DNA of 64,000 nucleotides from Ylistrum balloti. Lineage: Eukaryota. Below, piece after piece: positions 38,950-52,699 of this stretch (positions within the stretch are counted from its first letter, which is position 1; the number at the start of each line of letters is the position of its first letter). A program made the translations under genes and the position numbers. Below the pieces are notes generated by a model. It was not told where the DNA came from. It made no database searches and saw nothing but the letters and a program-made list of their open reading frames with translations. The stretch covers positions 496,001-560,000 of the forward strand of contig NW_026782145.1 of the NCBI RefSeq assembly GCF_031769215.1. The letters run 5' to 3'.

Positions 38950-39345
38950 CCGTTTGTTGGTCATTACTAGTGATGATTTATATGTTACTAGAGATGACCC
39001 GTTTGTTACTCATGCTTGGTCATTACTAGTGATGGTCTATAGGTTACTAGAGATGCCCCGTTTGTTACTAATGCTTGGTCATTACTAGTGATGATTTATG
39101 TGTTACTGAAGATGGCCCGTTTGTTACTAATGCCTGATCATTACTAGTAATGGTCCATATGTTGCTAGATATGGCCCGTTTGTTACTAATGCCTGGTCAT
39201 TACTAGTGATGGTCCATACGTTACTAGAGATGGCCCGTTTGTTACTCATGCTTGGTCATTACTAGTGATGGTCTATAGGTTACTAGAGATGCCCCGTTTG
39301 TTACTAATGCTTGGTCATTACTAGTGATGGTCTATAGGTTACTAA
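38950..39345. repeat. Minisatellite, 59-bp unit (ttggtcattactagtgatggtctataggttactagagatgccccgtttgttactaatgc), ~6-7 copies
   Basis: ttggtc at 39016 and 39075. Confidence 0.95.
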
Positions 39346-40559
39346 AGAGACCACAGGAACCCCCTGCCGTGATATTTCACTTTCTCCACCAACAAAGTTT
39401 ACACACCTGAAACTTTTGTACCTGAATGCCTTTGTTACTTTAAGCCGTATTTTCCTGATCCTGGTCTTGACTTAGAAATGCTGGTATGACGCCCAACTTC
39501 GATTTCGACCTGTTTACCGGAACGGCCCCGGGATCGGCACAGAATCTGATAATTACCTTTGACATTATTTCAAATCGAGGCTATACCTTTCCGACGAGCC
39601 TTGGACAGAAAACCACGTGATACATCATTTACCCTCCGGACGGGACTCCTGGTCAGAGCCATCAGGTCTATCATGTACCCCTCCGAAGGAAGTTTAGGTC
39701 AGAAAGTCACGTGGTGTATTATGTACCCTCACGATGGTAGTCTCGGAGGACCTATAGTTTGCATATGGGGTGAATTGTGATAGGTCAAGGTCAAGGACAG
39801 GTCATCACTACTCATTCTATCGTCACGTAAGCTCCATGTTTGGTCAAAGACAGATGGTTAGAGATATGTGATGGCACTAGGGTGATATGAGAGGCGCGAA
39901 CAAATACACTCATAGGCAATCCAACAGGGAAAGTTACTCATGTTTATTGTGTTATGGACATGATAACGTCTCGAGAGTGTTCTCCTAGCCAGATTACACT
40001 AACTTAAATCTATAGAACATCGCGCTGATTAGAGGCGCGTGGTCACGGCAAGGGAGTCAATCACAGGACTGACCTAACACTCACCTCACTGTCATGGCAC
40101 ATTAGAGAACTAAAATCAGGTCGGCAGACATGTAATGCACGTCACTGGACCACGTGGTTTACGCACGGTAATTGTGCGAGACGTATATTATCAGATACTT
40201 CATATTACACGATATTAGGGAATGGTTGCTGTGTCCCATGTGAACAGATATCTGATCGATTGGGTCTGTAATGTCGATATCAAAGTACTTACTAGATCAT
40301 AACACTAACATACAGTGCTGTGTCGTTTTGTCGCGTTACTGATACAAAGCTGCCATGCGATCCGACGTTTTCCGAAATGACAAACGTACCCCACAGATAA
40401 TTCAGCCATTCTTTTTAAGTTATTGCATAATTCAGATAAAGGCCGAATGGCTATGGAAGACGAGATCGTTGTGTCAGCCGATAGGACATGGGCAAAGCTG
40501 TAACTCAATTATCTTTGGGAATTGATGTATTTTTGCTGCATTGTGTTTTCAAATATATA

Positions 40560-40744
40560 TTACATGTTTGATATACCGCTATATCTAGCCAGACATATAG
40601 GTTGTATATCCTTATCTAGTGTTAGGTTTCTTACTACACTACGTATATCTTTCCAGTAAACTTGATCTGGGTCAGATCTCGGCGGAAGTAAAATTCGGAA
40701 CCATTGATTTCTCGTCCGTTTTCCCGTTGTACAAGACATTACCA
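40560..40744 (-). other. Candidate exon or pseudo-exon with a trypsin-like motif (RILLPPRSDPDQVYWKDIRSVVRNLTLDKDIQPICL)
   Basis: Acceptor ttttttgtattag|TG; open frame to TAA at 40560-40562; resemblance by eye to the S1 protease segment around catalytic Asp102. No partner exons found. Confidence 0.25.
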
Positions 40745-40819
40745 CTAATACAAAAAATATATATATAAAAAATATCTTTATAAAAAAATGATCATTGGAG
40801 ACAAAATTGAAATTATCGA

Positions 40820-43800
40820 GGGGTCACCAGAGGGGAATTCAAGCCAGCACAGGACCTTACAGCGGTCACCAGAGGGGATTCAAGCCAGCACAGGACATTA
40901 CAGCGGTCACCAGAGGGGATTCAAGCCAGCACAGGACCTTACACCGGTCACCAGAGGGGATTCCAGCCAGCACAGGACCTTACACCAGTCATCAGAGGGG
41001 ATTCAAGCCAGCACAGGACCTTACAGCGGTCACCAGAGGGGATTCAAGCTAACACAGGACCTTACACCGGTCACCAGAGGGGATTCAGGCCAGTACAGCA
41101 TCTTAAACAGGTCACCAGAGGGGATTCAAGCCAGCTCAGGACCTTACACCAGTCACCAAAGGGGAAATCAAACCAGCACAGGACTTTACAGCGGTCACCA
41201 GAGGGGATTCAAGCCAGCACAGCCTCTCATATCGGTCACCAGAGGGGATTCAAGCCAGCACAGCATCTCACACCGGTCACCAGAGGGGATTCAAGCCAGC
41301 ACAGCATCTTACACCGGTCACCAGAGGGGATTCAGGCCAGTACAGAACCTTACACAGGTCACCAGAGGGGATTCAAGCCAGCACAGGACCTTACACCGGT
41401 CACCAGAGGGGATTCAGGCCAGTACAGAACCTTACACAGGTCACCAGAGGGGATTCAACACCAGTCACAGGATTCAACCAGCACAGGACATCTTACACCG
41501 GTCACCAGAGGGGATTCACACCAGGGGATTCACAGTCACCAGAGGGGATTCTTACACCGGTCACCAGAGGGGATTCAAGCCAGCACAGCATATCACACCG
41601 GTCACCAGAGGAGGTTCAAGTCAGCACAGAACCTTACACCGGTCACCAGATGGGATTCAGGCCAGCACAGAACCTTACACCGGTCACCAAAGCGGAAATT
41701 AAGCCAGCACAGGACTTTACAGCGGTCACCAGAGGGGATTCAAGCCACACAGAACCGGTCACCAGAGGGGATTCAGGCCAGCACACCTTACACAGCACCT
41801 TACACCGGTCACCAGAGGGGATTCAAGCCAGCACAGGACCTCACACCGGTCACCAGAGGGGATTCAAACCAGCACAGCATCTCACACTGGTCACCAGAGG
41901 GTATTCAAGCCACCACAGAACCTTACACCGGTCATCAGAGGGGATTCAGGCCAGCACAGAACCTTACATCTCACACCGGTCACCAGAGGGGATTCAGGCC
42001 AGTACAGCATCTTAAACAGGTCACCAGAGGGGATTCAAGCCAGCTCAGGACCTTACACCGGTCACCTTACACACTGGTCACCAGAGGGTATTCAAGCCAG
42101 CACAGCATCTTACACCGGTCACCAGAGGGGATTCAAGCCAGCACAGAACCTTACACCGGTCACCAGAGGGGATTCAAGCCAGCACAGGACCTTACACCGG
42201 TCACCAGAGGGGATTCAAACCAGCACAGCATCTTACACCGGTCACCAGAGGTGATTCAGGCCAGTACAGAACCTTACACAGGTCACCAGAGGGGATTCAA
42301 GCCAGCACAGGACCTTACACCGGTCATCAGACGGGATTCAAGCCAGCACAGGACCTCACACCGGTCACCAGAGGGGATTCAAGCCAGCACAGCATCTCAC
42401 ATCGGTCACCAGAGGGGATTCAAGCCAGCACAGCATATCACACCGGTCACCAGAGGGGATTCAAGCCAGCACAGCATATCACACCGGTCACCAGAGGAGG
42501 TTCAAGTCAGCACAGAACCTTACACCGGTCACCAAAGCGGAAATTAAGCCAACACAGGACTTTACAGCGGTCACCAGAGGGGGTTCAAGCCAGCAAAGGT
42601 TCATACACTGGACACCAGAAGGGATTCAGGCCAGCACAGGACCTTACAGCAGTCACGAGAGGGGATTCAGGCCAGCACAGAACCTTACACCGGTCATCAG
42701 AGGGGTTTCAAGCCAGCATAGATTCCTACACTGGACACCAGAAGGGATTCAGGCCAGCACAGGACCTTACAGCAGTCACGAGAGGGGATTCAGGCCAGCA
42801 CAGAACCTTACACCGGTCATCAGAGGGGTTTCAAGCCAGCATAGATTCCTACACTGGTCACCAGAGGGGATTCAAGCCACCACAGAACCTTACACCGGTC
42901 ATCAGAGGGGATTCAGGCCAGCACAGCATCTCACATCGGTCACCAGAGGGGATTCAAGCCAGCACAGCATATCACACCGGTCACCAGTGGGGATTCAAGC
43001 CAGCACAGGACCTTACACAGGTCACCAGAGGGGATTCAAGCCAGCACAGGACCTTACACCGGTCACCAGAGGGGATTCAAGCCAGCACAGGACCTTACAC
43101 CGGTCACCAGAGGGGATTCAAGCCAGCACAGCATCTCACACCGGTCACCAGAGGGGATTCAGGCCAGTACAGAACCTTACACAGGTCACCAGAGGGGATT
43201 CAAGCCAGCACAGGACCTCACACCGGTCACCAGAGGGGATTCAAACCAGCACAGCATCTCACACTGGTCACCTCACACTGGTCACCAGAGGGGATTCAAG
43301 CCAGCACAGAACCTTACACAGGTCACCAGAGGGGATTCAAGCCAGCACAGGACCTTACACCGGTCACCAGAGGGGATTCAAGCCAGCACAGCATCTCACA
43401 CCGGTCACCAAAGGGGATTCAGGCCAGTACTGAACCTTACACAGGTCACCAGAGGGGATTCAAGCCAGCACAGGACCTTACACCGGTCATCAGAAGGGAT
43501 TCAGGCCAGCACAGGACCTTACAGCAGTCACGAGAGGGGATTCAGGCCAGCACAGAACCTTACACCGGTCATCAGAGGGGTTTCAAGCCAGCATAGATTC
43601 CTACACTGGTCACCAGAGGGGATTCAGGCCAGTACAGAACGTTACACAGGTCACCAGAGGGGATTCAAGCCAGCACAGGACCTTACACCGGTCACCAGAG
43701 GGGATTCAGGCCAGTACAGAACCTTACACAGGTCACCAGAGGGGATTCAAGCCAGCACAGGACCTTACACCGGTCACCAGAGGGGATTCAAGCCAGCACA

Positions 43801-44410
43801 GGACCTTACACCGGTCACCAGAGGGGATTCAAACCAGCACAGCATCTCACACCGGTCACCAGAGGGGATTCAGGCCAGTACAGAACCTTACACAGGTCAC
43901 CAGAGGGGATTCAAGCCAGCACAGGACCTTACACCGGTCACCAGAGGGGATTCAAGCCAGCACAGAACCTTACACAGGTCACCAGAGGGGATTCAAGCCA
44001 GCACAGAACCTTACACAGGTTACCAGAGGGGATTCAAGCCAGCACAGAACCTTACACAGGTCACCAGAGGGGATTCAAGCCAGCACAGAACCTTACACAG
44101 GTCACCAGAGGGGATTCAAGCCAGCACAGCATCTTACACCGGTCACCAGAGGGGATTCAGGCCAGTACAGAACCTTACACAGGTTACCAGAGGGGATTCA
44201 AGCCAACACAGGACTTTACAGCGGTCACCAGAGGGGGTTCAAGCCAGCAAAGGTTCATACACTGGTCACCAGAGGGGATTCAAGCCAGCATAGGTTCCTA
44301 CACTGGACACCAGAAGGGATTCAGGCCAGCACAGGACCTTACAGCAGTCACGAGAGGGGATTCAGGCCAGTACAGAACCTTACACCGGTCATCAGAGGAG
44401 GTTCAAGTCA
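40820..44410. repeat. Minisatellite, 41-bp unit (ggtcaccagaggggattcaagccagcacaggaccttacacc), ~87 copies with many variants
   Basis: ggtcacc at 40864, 40905 and 40946. Explains all ORFs from 40788 to 43433. Confidence 0.98.
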
Positions 44411-47099
44411 GCATAAAACATTGGATGATATTCCAGCTTTTCCTGTCTCTCGTGCAGTTCCTGATATTATTATTATCATTGAATTTAGTTGAAGGCTATC
44501 ATTCGGAGAGATGTTGATGGTTTTCCGATATGAGAATGAAATACAAATAGCGATCTCCGGCCACTTCATCGTGTTTTATATAAGGGGGTAATTAAACATT
44601 TCTAATTAAGAAATATATTCAGCACATATCAAATTTCTGTTCTGGATTCCGATCAAGAAATATATGATATTGGAGAAGTATGTACGTATATTGTGTATAT
44701 CTTACGTATCATTGAAAGCCACGATATACGCAATTTTCATTCTGAAATGAAGAGAATATACATGTAGTATATAATCCATTTCTACTGACAGAGTAAAAAT
44801 AACTTATCTGAAAAATACTCAAGACAACAGCATATTGATATAAGACCTATTAACTTTTTCTAAACATACTTCCATTAACGATCTTTGCCGAAGCAATGTC
44901 GGAAAATCTTTCAGACATTTCCGTGAGAGGTCAGTATTTACTATAAACACGATTACGTTCTATTCAGACTACACCTCTGCATTCTACCTGTGACATGACG
45001 TACACCTGTGCATGTCACGTGTTTTTTTCGTGACGGCCTTCGGGACTCCGCGTAATACCGGAGTGTATGTTACATGAGACCCACTTTTATTAATCCTTTG
45101 TTTATTTTGATATTCCTAAAGAGTGTTTCAATAGAAACTATTCAACAGAAATATGTCCTAATCTTAATCTTGCATAATTACCAAGTGAATGTTTACCCAG
45201 AAATTTTAGGAATTTTGTAAATTTGCTAAATGATGCGTATATTGGGGCTTTAAAGAATCCCGACAATTTGCAAACTGATAGTGCTGGATCGACGGACACC
45301 TGGTTACGTGTCTATATAGAATTTGGTGGCAATAGTTTCCTTATCAATACTGGATACGAACGGGTTTTGGAATTCAGAGTTTAAAAATCCCTGGAATGAT
45401 GCATGAATACACGAATACCACCGCAATACTTTTCACAGAAACATATCATTATAACACATCAAATTCTTAGTAAACAGTTGATACCAGAGCTTTCATACAC
45501 CCTCAAGTCAGCTGGTACGTGTATCTAACGCACGACCGGTACATGTGAAAAAAATGATCAGTCTCCAAATGCGTAATTGTATACATGTGAAAAGTGGAAA
45601 GTTACCGAATAAATACGGAGTACATATAAATAGTGGATCGCCCAGTGTAGAATATTTCTCTCGAAACAAACTCATACCTAATTCGTTAAATGAAGCCTAA
45701 AAGTGATACTATTCTTATGATTTCGTTGTAAATTACCATCGAAGTCACTGAATCAATCCTATCACGTGACAGGTGATGGCCGCCCCTGGCAAGCACTGGC
45801 CACTTATACGGTGACCAGGGCGTTATCCATGTCGTCTCCATTGCACCATAAAACACATTTATGACAGATTTTTGTGAGTCTGACTTGGAATGGAGAATAA
45901 AGTAATTTGCCACAATGCCTCAATATCGTGTATTATTGATACCTTACATTTACAGCCAGGAAAACCAATGGTTTAGGGCTTACCACATCGTGATCGCCTC
46001 ACATTAACGTCTTGGCGAAATGTACCCAATCCTCCGGAACCCTTGGACTCTTTGGATCGATATTTACATTATTACCATGTCATAAATTTCCTTAATTGAA
46101 TTAGTGCCTGTGGCCGTCTAAACCATGACGTTAGGATGGTTATAGGTACGGCGAGCTGTGTTGTTCACGATAACATCACTACATCAGGTGTCACAACACT
46201 CTTCCTCGTGCCAATTTTAATGTCATTTTTTTCGTTCTTTTAAGCAAAACCCGCAGCGCTCTTTAGAGCTATTGATTAAGAAGTTCTGTCATAAATGATA
46301 GGTCAGGTCACACGTGCCAGTCGGAGTTGTCTCCCGTCCTTGTCGTGGGGTGTCGACGAAAACACATATTTAACTTGTCACGGACTTCGGAAACTGCCAA
46401 CGAAACTTTCCTCAGAACGACAGGGATGATTACGTCAAATGCTGTTTATACATTACCATTGTCAGTGGTTAGAATACATCCAGGTTTACACCAAAATTAA
46501 CGCTTCTATACTGTCAATTTTGTAAACTTCAATAAATGTCCGTCATCCGAAAGGGAAGTTCACAATGGGTTTAGATCGGGGGAGGGAAAGAAGTACGTGT
46601 AGCCAGTAAAACCAATCTTATGAGCAATTGGTCCATTGTCTTTTTAGGATACATTTCCATTAATGTCGAGTACATGACGATTCCCTGGCATTCCATTACC
46701 TTTCTAACAGGGACACCTCTATCCTCGTTGGTCTTTCTAGTGAGATGAGAAGTTGCTTTTATCTCTCTTAATGCAGGGGCACCTCTATCTTTTTTAATTT
46801 ATTTTCGTTCGAATATGTAAGTTCCGCCAAAGATAACATTCGGCTTACGTTTTTGTTCGACATTGGATTCAAACTTCGTTCAGCTGTAGGAAATTTGTAC
46901 TTTTAGCTGTCATTATCACCAACGCAAGAAGAATTGATTGAAATCTCTGAGATTCATTTATGTATTATCAATATAAATCATTATCTAATCATAGAAAATA
47001 CGTATCATATATGCGTATTGATTATTATCCAATAGAATATTATTCCATATATAAATCATGTCAAAAGTGACGAGAATTGTACGTCCTTGATAAAGTCTT

Positions 47100-47235
47100 C
47101 GGTAAGTAAAGTAATGAGACAGTACGTGTCTCCACCAAGTAAAGTATTGAGACAGTACGTGTCTTCACCAAGTAAAGTATTGAGACAGTACGTGTCTTCA
47201 CTAAGTAAAATATTGAGACAGTACGTGTCTTCAGT
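47100..47235. repeat. Short minisatellite, 33-bp unit (taagtaaagtattgagacagtacgtgtcttcac), 4 copies
   Basis: 11-aa period in ORFs 47056..47325 and 47087..47278. Confidence 0.93.
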
Positions 47236-48679
47236 AGGGAAAGTATCGAGACCTAGCATGCCTTCATTAAAAGTATAGAGGTAATGTATGACTTCACTAG
47301 TAGAAAAAATATTGAAGCTGTACATGTTGGGAGTATGTCATGTCCCCAGACATAATATTCGCTCTAATGTTGTAGTTTTTTTTTATTTGATCAGTTTATC
47401 GTATTTGAAAAAAACCCAGTCAACTGCATTTAATAAAAATGGACTCATATGATCCCTTTCTTCCTGTCGATAGCTGATCAAACACATCGTAAGAAAAGCA
47501 ATGGAATAGCTTCGTGGTGATCTCTGAATTTGTATTCAAATTGGGTGAAAATGTCTGTGTTCCCATGATGCAATGCTCTACTTATTGCTTCCTCTTTATC
47601 GATACGGAGACGTTTAACAGGAGTTGTAAAACACCAATTAATGTTCGCCTCAACATAACATGGCAAACATCCAGGCAGAATCTCGTCTATCAAATCAATA
47701 CAGACAGTCGCTATCTTCCTCCATTTTTACTGGTTTCCATGTCATTCAAAAATATAATTTTTCAGAGATTTTATTTGGCATCCTGACAGTAAATTTGAGT
47801 GAACTGATCAGTATTTTTCTTTGCTCAAAGAAAGTGACAGATATGTTATATCATAAACAAAGCTATCGCAGGAAATATTTCAAACTACAATATTTTAAAC
47901 TTTAAATTGAATATCAAGAAATACATTTTGATATTTTAATTGCGGCATTTTGGATGATCGAAATAGATTAAAGCAACACGTGCACTACATGTTCGTCAGA
48001 TCGCGACCTTTAATTATGAGTTACGCGCACGTCTCTCCAATGCAGCCGTACTTAGTCATACATGCATTGCAGGATGAAGCTACGTCGTTGATGGTATGAA
48101 CCTCGACCTCGGAGACAAGCCTGGGCCAGGCCAGGTTCGCCTGATATCCTATTCAGTACGACTCCTGTTTTTTTAACGATTTAATACCCGTGTGGTTAGA
48201 AAAGTAAATGTGAATTAGTTACAAACGTCAGAAATTGTTACATTTCGACCTCCGCAGAGCGACTCTGGATACTTGTAAAACATGTCTTATTTACATTTCT
48301 TTATGTTGTACACACTACAATAACTAAGATAAGGGACATATCTGCGAACAAAACATACCACGTGATTGATCATGTGACATAATCCGCCATGGGATGGCGT
48401 GATAGCAAACCTTGCCAATTTTGATTAACATTAATTGTTGATATGTTCATTTATTTTTTAATATGAAAAAGGAAGAAGCTAGAAAGCATGCTGATACTAT
48501 CCCTAGTTTAATGTCCTGATTAAAAATTCAGATTATCAAGGTGTATCTATCACTTTATGGCTAAACATGAAAGCGGGAATATCTCGGTGTATCCTACACC
48601 TATATTTCTATATCATGTCGAAAATTAAGATATGGAATATTACGACACAAGAATCCGGTATCTTGCACTGTTTTTCTAT

Positions 48680-51600
48680 AATGAACCGGTACATCGTTGT
48701 CAGTTCTTCTTTAATGACCCGGTACAACGTTGTCAGCTTTTCTGTTATTACCCGGTACACCGTTGTCAGTTTTTCTGTAGTGACCCGGTACATCGTTGTC
48801 AGTTTTTCTGTAGTGACCCGGTACATCATTGTCAGTTTTTCTGTAATGACCCGGTACACCGTTGTCAGTTTTTTCTGTAGTGTTTTTTCTGTAGTGACCC
48901 GGTACATCGTTGTCAGTTTTTCTGTAATGACCCGATACATCGTTGTCAGTTTTTCTGTAATGACCCGGTACACCGTTGTCAGTTTTTCTGTAATGACCCG
49001 GTACACCGTTGTCAGTTCTTCTTTAATGACCCGGTACACCGTTGTCAGCTTTTCTGTTATTACCCGGTACACCGTTGTCAGTTTTTCTGTAATGACCCGG
49101 TACAAACCGGTACATCGTTGTCAGTTCTTCTTTAATGACCCGGTACAACGTTGTCAGTTCTTCTTTAATGACCCGGTACACCGTTGTCAGTTTTTCTGTA
49201 GTGACCCGGTACACCGTTGTCAGTTTTTCTGTAATGACCCGGTACATCGTTGTCAGTTTTTCTGTAGTGACCCGGTACAATCGTTGTCAGTTTTTCTGTA
49301 ATGACCCGGTACACCGTTGTCAGTTTTTTCTTTAATGACCCGGTACATCGTTGTCAGTTTTTCATGACCCGGCACACCGTTGTCAGTTTTTCTGTAGTGA
49401 CCCGGTACATCGTTGTCAGTTTTTCTGTAGTGACCCGGTACACTGTTGTTAGTTTTTCTGTAATGACCTGGTACATCGTTGTCAGTTTTTCTGTAGTGAC
49501 CCGGTACATCGTTGTCAGTTCTTCTTTAATGACCCGGTACACCGTTGTCAGTTTTTCTGTAATGACCCGGTACACCGTCGTCAGTTTTTCTATAAAGAAC
49601 CGGTACATCGTTGTCAGTTTTTCTGTAATGACCCGGTACACCGTTGTCAGTTTTTCTGTAATGTCCCGGTACACCGTTACCAGTTTTTCTGTAATGACCC
49701 GGTACATCGTTGACAGTGTTTCTGTAATGACCCGGTACACCGTTGTCAGTCTTCTTTAATGACCCGGTACACCGTTGTCAGCTTTTCTGTTATTACCCGG
49801 TACACCGTTGTCAGTTTTTCTGTAGTGACCCGGTACATCGTTGTCAGTTTTTCTGTAGTGACCCGGTACACCGTTGTCAGTTTTTCTGTAATGACCCGGT
49901 ACATCGTTGTCAGTTTTTCTGTAGTGACCCGGTACATCATTGTCAGTTTTTCTGTAATGACCCGGTACACCGTTGTCAGTTTTTTCTGTAGTGACCCGGT
50001 ACATCGTTGTCAGTTTTTCTGTAATGACCCGATACATCGTTGTCAGTTTTTCTGTAATGACCCGGTACACCGTTGTCAGTTTTTCTGTAATGGCCCGGTA
50101 CACCGTTGTCAGTTCTTCTTTAATGACCCGGTACACCGTTGTCAGCTTTTCTGTTATTACCCGGTACACCGTTGTCAGTTTTTCTGTAATGACCCGGTAC
50201 AACGTTGTCAGTTCTTCTTTAATGAGCCGGTACATCGTTGTCAGTTTTTCTGTAATGACCCGGTACAACGTTGTCAGTTCTTCTTTAATGACCCGGTACA
50301 TCGTTGTCAGTTTTTCTGTAATGACCCGGCACACCGTTGTCAGTTTTTTCTGTAGTGACCCGGTACATCGTTGTCAGTTTTTCTGTAGTGACCCGGTACA
50401 CTGTTGTTAGTTTTTCTGTAATGACCTGGTACATCGTTGTCAGTTTTTCTGTAGTGACCCGGTACATCGTTGTCAGTTCTTCTTTAATGACCCGGTACAC
50501 CGTTGTCAGTTTTTCTGTAATGACCCGGTACACCGTCGTCAGTTTTTTCTGTAGTGACCCGGTACATCGTTGTCAGTTTTTCTGTAATGACCCGATACAT
50601 CGTTGTCAGTTTTTCTGTAATGACCCGGTACACCGTTGTCAGTTTTTCTGTAATGACCCGGTACACCGTTGTCAGTTCTTCTTTAATGACCCGGTACACC
50701 GTTGTCAGCTTTTCTGTTATTACCCGGTACACCGTTGTCACACCGTACACCGTGTCAGTTTTTTCTGTAGTGACCCGGTACATCGTTGTCAGTTTTTCTG
50801 TAATGACCCGATACATCGTTGTCAGTTTTTCTGTAATGACCCGGTACACCGTTGTCAGTTTTTCTGTAATGACCCGGTACACCGTTGTCAGTTCTTCTTT
50901 AATGACCCGGTACACCGTTGTCAGCTTTTCTGTTATTACCCGGTACACCGTTGTCAGTTTTTCTGTAATGACCCGGTACAACGTTGTCAGTTCTTCTTTA
51001 ATGAGCCGGTACATCGTTGTCAGTTTTTCTGTAATGACCCGGTACAACGTTGTCAGTTCTTCTTTAATGACCCGGTACATCGTTGTCAGTTTTTCTGTAA
51101 TGACCCGGCACACCGTTGTCAGTTTTTTCTGTAGTGACCCGGTACATCGTTGTCAGTTTTTCTGTAGTGACCCGGTACACTGTTGTTAGTTTTTCTGTAA
51201 TGACCTGGTACATCGTTGTCAGTTTTTCTGTAGTGACCCGGTACATCGTTGTCATTTCTTCTTTAATGACCCGGTACACCGTTGTCAGTTTTTCTGTAAT
51301 GACCCGGTACACCGTCGTCAGTTTTTCTATAAAGGACCGGTACACCGTTGTCAGTTTTTTTCTGTAGCGACCCGGTACACCGTTGTCAGTTTTTCTATAG
51401 TGACCCGGTACATCGTTGTCAGTTTTTTCTGTAGTGACCCGGTACACAGTTGTCAGTTTTTCTGTAATGAACCGGTACATCGTTGTCAGTTTTTCTATAA
51501 AGAACCGGTACATCGTTGTCAGTTTTTCTGTTATTACCCGGTACACCGTTGTCAGTTTTTCTGTAATGACCCGGTACACCGTTGTCAGTTTTTCTGTAAT

Positions 51601-51700
51601 GACCCGGTACACCGTTGTCAGTTTTTCTGTAATGACCCGGCACACCGTTGTCAGTTTTTTCTGTAATTACCCGGTACACCGTTGTCAGTTTTTTCTGTAA
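48680..51700. repeat. Minisatellite, 33-bp unit (atgacccggtacaccgttgtcagtttttctgta), ~90 copies
   Basis: 11-aa period in many ORFs on both strands; 1-bp changes in the T-run shift frame repeatedly. Confidence 0.98.
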
Positions 51701-52699
51701 GTACCCGTTACATTTTTTGTATTTATTTGAAAAAAAGTAATTGTATTTTTAATTGGCGATTACATGATAACCTGTGTAGAAGTCAAACATGCATCAAACT
51801 GGGCGGAAAGTCAGAAAAGATAACTTTGTTTACAGAACCTGAGGTAAAATATTATTCGATACGATTTTCTTTCGTGTATATATAACAGAAACAAAATTCT
51901 TTCAACCAATGTGAAAAAAGAGTCAATTGATCTATTTCTTCCTTATTTTTTTTTTTAAAACTGACCACTTAGCGGATTGTTACTGTCATGCTGTTGTCGA
52001 TATTTAGGGTGCATATTCCGATGCATTCCCCTTGGATCATATCAAGTGTCTTGTTATTGTACATCCTAAAGTTCCAACGTTCTGGAGGGTCATGAAAGGC
52101 TATCATTGATTTATCCATTCAGGCGACCCTCCCACCCTGGAGACAAACTAAGATTGTCAAACAGTTTACCTCATTACAATGGAGTCACCAGAGTGTTTGT
52201 AAATATAGGAGACTGAGTGACTGTGGTAATGCGTCCCGAGCGCCCGACGGTAAATAAAGGTGTCAAACCTGATCCGGGCGCATCGTTAGCGCACAATTTA
52301 CACGGCACGCCAATACTGTTATCGAATTATATATCACTAAAAGTCAAGGGTTTAATAAGAGTCTTTGGGGAATGAGTTTTATTGCTTACATAAAACACCA
52401 AATTTCCGTTTTATTTGCAAACAGATAATGGCATATTAACAGAGCATAATTACCAACAAAACAGGCCTCATAGTGTAGAAGCAGTTTGGTCCCTCGGCTT
52501 CAATTAAAGAACAGTATCGTACGTTCATGAGAAACGGTCCGGCAGATATGTTTCGTCAGAAACAAGAATTTGACGAATCTTATAAGATTTCAGACAAACA
52601 ACCTGTATCAGAATAAAGACATCCGATAAACCAACACTTCACAACGTAACGTAAACACTTTCTGTAACCACGCTCCACCATATCACCTAAACGCCCGTT

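Noticed and set aside
39721-39780. DGSLGGPIVC, reminiscent of the serine-protease GDSGGPLVC motif
   Set aside because: The catalytic GDS is not matched, it is on the opposite strand to the 40.6-kb segment, and it lies in a short degenerate ~50-bp repeat.
40788-43433. Series of 85-304-aa plus-strand ORFs
   Set aside because: They lie in the 41-bp array; the peptide cycles through three frames of the unit and is broken by indels.
44425-44517. 30-codon ORF resembling a signal peptide (MIFQLFLSLVQFLILLLSLNLVEG...)
   Set aside because: It ends in a stop after 30 codons with no credible donor; T-rich DNA readily yields hydrophobic peptides.
46648-46739. Possible plus-strand exon (YISINVEYMTIPWHSITFLTGTPLSSLVFL)
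   Set aside because: Mediocre donor (CTA|gtgaga), unrecognised peptide, and no compatible neighbouring exon.
48567-51885. Dozens of overlapping ORFs (MTRYTVVSFSV / MYRVITEKLTT repeats)
   Set aside because: 33-bp array open on both strands with frequent 1-bp frameshifts; no coding signature.
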